Translations under genes and position numbers: made by a program
NCBI GenBank assembly: GCA_963803435.1
Contig: CAWDML010000009.1
Location: forward strand, 1,664,001 to 1,728,000
Length of the DNA: 64,000 nucleotides
Direction of reading: 5' to 3'
Source: an uncultured delta proteobacterium
GTDB taxonomy: Bacteria > Myxococcota > Kuafuiibacteriia > Kuafuiibacteriales > Kuafuiibacteriaceae
Part shown: positions 61,407 to 64,000 of the stretch, piece by piece
How the letters are laid out: the number at the start of each line of letters is the position of its first letter
Numbering within the stretch: position 1 is the first letter of the stretch
The notes under the pieces: model-generated
Seen by the model: only the letters and a program-made list of their open reading frames with translations
Database searches by the model: none
What the model was told of the DNA's origin: nothing

Positions 61407-62056
61407 GGTGTGCTCCTCTCCCGGGCGCGATGCCGCTTCACCACCTCTTCGAAGGCGCGACGTGCCGCGCGCAGACGGGAGTAGACGGTGTTGACGTTGG
61501 CGGAGAGGGCCTCGGCGATCTCGGGGGCGGTCATCTCTTCGAGCTCCGCGAGGATGAAGACCGCGCGCTTGTCATCGTCGAGCGTGGCCAGGAAGCGATC
61601 GAGGAACGCCAGCGCCTGAGCCCGTGCCGTCTGCTCGTCGGGGAGCAGAGAGGAGCGGTCGGCCGGCTCGCCCTCGAGCGGCTCGGGGAGGCCGTGCCGG
61701 GAGAGCGCCCGCCGATGGTCGTGCGCGACCCGCAACGCGATCCCGAACAGCCAGGTGCGGACCGATGAGCGGCCCTCGAAGTCAGCGAGCCGGCGGTGGA
61801 CCACCAAGAAGGCGTCCTGCACCGCGTCGTCGAGCTGCGGCTCGGGCACCCCGAGACGGCGGAGGCTGCGCCACACGAAGTCGAAGTGCGCGTCATAGAG
61901 GGCATCGAAACCCGAGATGCTGGCGGCGTGGACCGAAGGGCTTTCGGGTGGCGATCGCCCACCATGGGAATCAGACACGCCGAGAGACTCCTGAGCCGAG
62001 TTTCCGGCCTGCGCCGCCAGCATCCCCTGCCCGTGAGTGGCCGGGGCAGGCGACAT
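61403..62056 (-). CDS. ECF sigma-70 factor
   Basis: FVWRSLRRLGV, DDAVQD.FLVVHRRL..FEGRSS.RTWLFGIA, EIAEAL...NTVYSRLRAAR. The true start may be downstream. Confidence 0.9.
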   Translation of the reverse strand: MSPAPATHGQGMLAAQAGNSAQESLGVSDSHGGRSPPESPSVHAASISGFDALYDAHFDFVWRSLRRLGVPEPQLDDAVQDAFLVVHRRLADFEGRSSVRTWLFGIALRVAHDHRRALSRHGLPEPLEGEPADRSSLLPDEQTARAQALAFLDRFLATLDDDKRAVFILAELEEMTAPEIAEALSANVNTVYSRLRAARRAFEEVVKRHRARERSTP

Positions 62057-62062
62057 CCGTGA

Positions 62063-62932
62063 TCAAAAATCGACCTCGATCCCGACCTCCGCGCCGAAGC
62101 CGAGGGCGGCCGGCCGGTGCACCGTCTGCCCGTCCAGGGTGAGCGAGGGCCGGGAGAGCGGGGCCGCGGCCCACAGCGCCGGCGCCAGGACCAGGGGTCC
62201 GGCCAGCGGGATTCCGGCCCGCGCCGCGAACCCTACAGAGACCCACACGGGCCGGGCGGTCCGGGGATCGGAGACGTCGCGGCCTTGGGCCAGGATCGCG
62301 CCGGCCTCGCCCTCGACGCAGCCCCACAGCGCGATGACCCAACGGTGGCCGGCGCAGATCTGGGCGACGCCGCCGAGCAGCGCCAGCTCGGCGCGCCCGA
62401 CGGCCGCCGGGATCGATTCTCGGGCCAGATAGCGAGCCTGCGCCGAAAGCGAGAACGGGCCCAGCTCGACGCCGCCCCCGGCCGAGAGCGCCAGCGCCGG
62501 CTCCGAGAGCGGTCCGATCGCCACGCCGAGGGCGGCGCGGGCCCAGACGATTGGGGACACGGACGCGCTCGAGACGCCCGGCTCGCCGTCAGGTCGAAAC
62601 ACCTCCCGAGGCGGCGGCGGCGGCGGGGGCGGCGGAGGCTCGGCCGCCTCGAGCTGGAGCGCGACGATGACCGCCGCGGCCGCCGCCACGGCCGCGCACG
62701 ACTCCCCCTCCACCGCGCGCCGGCCCGCTTGGCTCTCGATGATCCCGGACCAGGGCCCGTCGGCGGCGCGGTGCTCGAGCCGCACCGTCACCGCGAGGCG
62801 CGGTGGCCCTGGACCGATCGGCGTCGACTCGGCGACCCGGGCCAGAAACGCGCTCCGCGCCGGGCAGGCGGGATCGTCGGCGATCAGCTCGAGCTCCAGC
62901 GCCGGATGCGCGATCAAGAGGAGCAGCATCAT
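62063..62932 (-). CDS. Hypothetical exported protein with beta-strand-rich C-terminus ending in F (possible outer-membrane protein)
   Basis: Signal-like N-terminus, CP...C pair, poly-Pro linker, amphipathic beta strands, terminal VDF. Confidence 0.6.
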   Translation of the reverse strand: MMLLLLIAHPALELELIADDPACPARSAFLARVAESTPIGPGPPRLAVTVRLEHRAADGPWSGIIESQAGRRAVEGESCAAVAAAAAVIVALQLEAAEPPPPPPPPPPREVFRPDGEPGVSSASVSPIVWARAALGVAIGPLSEPALALSAGGGVELGPFSLSAQARYLARESIPAAVGRAELALLGGVAQICAGHRWVIALWGCVEGEAGAILAQGRDVSDPRTARPVWVSVGFAARAGIPLAGPLVLAPALWAAAPLSRPSLTLDGQTVHRPAALGFGAEVGIEVDF

Positions 62933-63705
62933 CGGTGCGCCTCGAGGAAGGCGAGCACCGTGCCCCGTTCGTGCGCGAGCCGGACCGCCGAGACCCCGAA
63001 CGTCGCCCCGATCCGCTCGGGCGTCAGCACCTCCTTCGGCGGTCCGCTGGCGACCGTGCGCCCGCCGTCGAGCACCAGCACCTGCGTGGAGAAGCGATCG
63101 GCGAGGTTGAGATCGTGGAGCGCGGCCAGCACCGTGAGGCCCAGCTCCCGGACCCGCCCGAGCACGTCGAGCTGGTGGCGCACGTCGAGGTGATTCGTGG
63201 GCTCGTCGAGCAGGAGGATGCGCGGGCGCTGCGCCAGTGCCCGAGCGAGCAGCACCCGCTGGCGCTCGCCGCCGGAGAGCGTCGAGTAGTTGCGCCGCCG
63301 GAGCGTCAGCGCGTCGGTGAGCTCGAGCGATCGCTCGACGATCTCTCGGTCGTCGCGCGAGTCCGGATCGAACAGCCCTTGATAGGGACTGCGGCCCATC
63401 ATCACCAGCTCCTCGACGAGGAAGTCGAACGCGAGCTCGGGCTCCTGGCGGAGGACCGCGATCTTCCGGCCGAGCGCCCGGCGATCGAGCGCGTCGACGG
63501 AGACGCCGTCGAGCTCGATGGAACCGCCGGCGCGCCCCACCGCCCGATACAGCGATCGGATCAGCGTGGTCTTGCCGCTCCCGTTGGGGCCGACGACCAC
63601 CGAGAACGCGCCCTCGTCCACCGAGAAGGTGACACCGTCGAGGATCCGGCGGCCGCCCAGATCGACGGCCAGGTCGCGCACCTCGATCGGGGCGCGCTCA
63701 CTCAC
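62929..63705 (-). CDS. Iron-siderophore/cobalamin ABC transporter ATPase
   Basis: [40 protein letters not shown]. Confidence 0.92.
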   Translation of the reverse strand: MSERAPIEVRDLAVDLGGRRILDGVTFSVDEGAFSVVVGPNGSGKTTLIRSLYRAVGRAGGSIELDGVSVDALDRRALGRKIAVLRQEPELAFDFLVEELVMMGRSPYQGLFDPDSRDDREIVERSLELTDALTLRRRNYSTLSGGERQRVLLARALAQRPRILLLDEPTNHLDVRHQLDVLGRVRELGLTVLAALHDLNLADRFSTQVLVLDGGRTVASGPPKEVLTPERIGATFGVSAVRLAHERGTVLAFLEAHR

Positions 63706-64000
63706 TCCGGCCCCCCTCGAAGCGGGCGAGCAGCGCCAGGAAGAACGGCGCGCCCATCAGCCCGGAGAGGATGCCCACGGGGAGCTCCTCGGGCGCCATC
63801 ACGGTCCGGGCGATGGTGTCGAGCGCCAGGAGCAAGGCCGCGCCGAAGATCCCCGCCGCCGGGAGCAAGCGCCGGTGATCGGGTCCAGTGAAGGGACGGA
63901 GCGCGTGCGGAACGATCAAGCCGATGAAGCCGATCGCCCCAGCGAACGCGACCAGCGCGCCGGTGACCACCGCCGCCAGACCGATCAGCCAGCGGCGCGC
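63698..64000 (-). CDS. FecCD-family ABC permease (5'-truncated)
   Basis: [26 protein letters not shown]. Confidence 0.9.
   Translation of the reverse strand, partial: ARRWLIGLAAVVTGALVAFAGAIGFIGLIVPHALRPFTGPDHRRLLPAAGIFGAALLLALDTIARTVMAPEELPVGILSGLMGAPFFLALLARFEGGRSE

Overview
High-GC (about 70% by eye, not computed) bacterial chromosomal window. The gene content points to Myxococcota or a relative (inference): eukaryote-like Ser/Thr kinases, an FHA protein, ECF/anti-sigma pairs, Cys-rich and vWA lipoproteins, and no dxs in the xseAB-ispA-tlyA cluster. Housekeeping blocks are AceE-type PDH E1 with dtd, trpEGDCF-(antisense hydrolase)-trpBA-aroF, PBP1A, gyrA, a GS-family ligase, xseAB-ispA-tlyA, ldcA and a FecCD-type ABC transporter. 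No rRNA, tRNA, CRISPR or mobile element was seen. Six observations stand out. (1) A Fur-boxed flavinylation module: lipoprotein, FMN-binding protein, His-rich 4-TM protein, apbE and fur. (2) Two unannotated structured intergenic RNA candidates with CCUCC-containing loops: one behind a sigma70 promoter and Fur box (~17590-17700), one with three hairpins and a U8 terminator (~55633-55830). (3) A kinase-TM-pseudokinase protein. (4) A cpATP-grasp/alpha-E/transglutaminase/DUF2126 peptide-ligase locus with a Cys-less GATase-transglutaminase fusion. (5) Recurrent TANNNT boxes 6-9 nt upstream of start codons, suggesting leaderless mRNAs. (6) Seven of eight frameshifts are +1 insertions at GATC, most likely methylation-linked long-read errors rather than pseudogenes. 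All family calls come from motif recognition by eye; no database searches were run.
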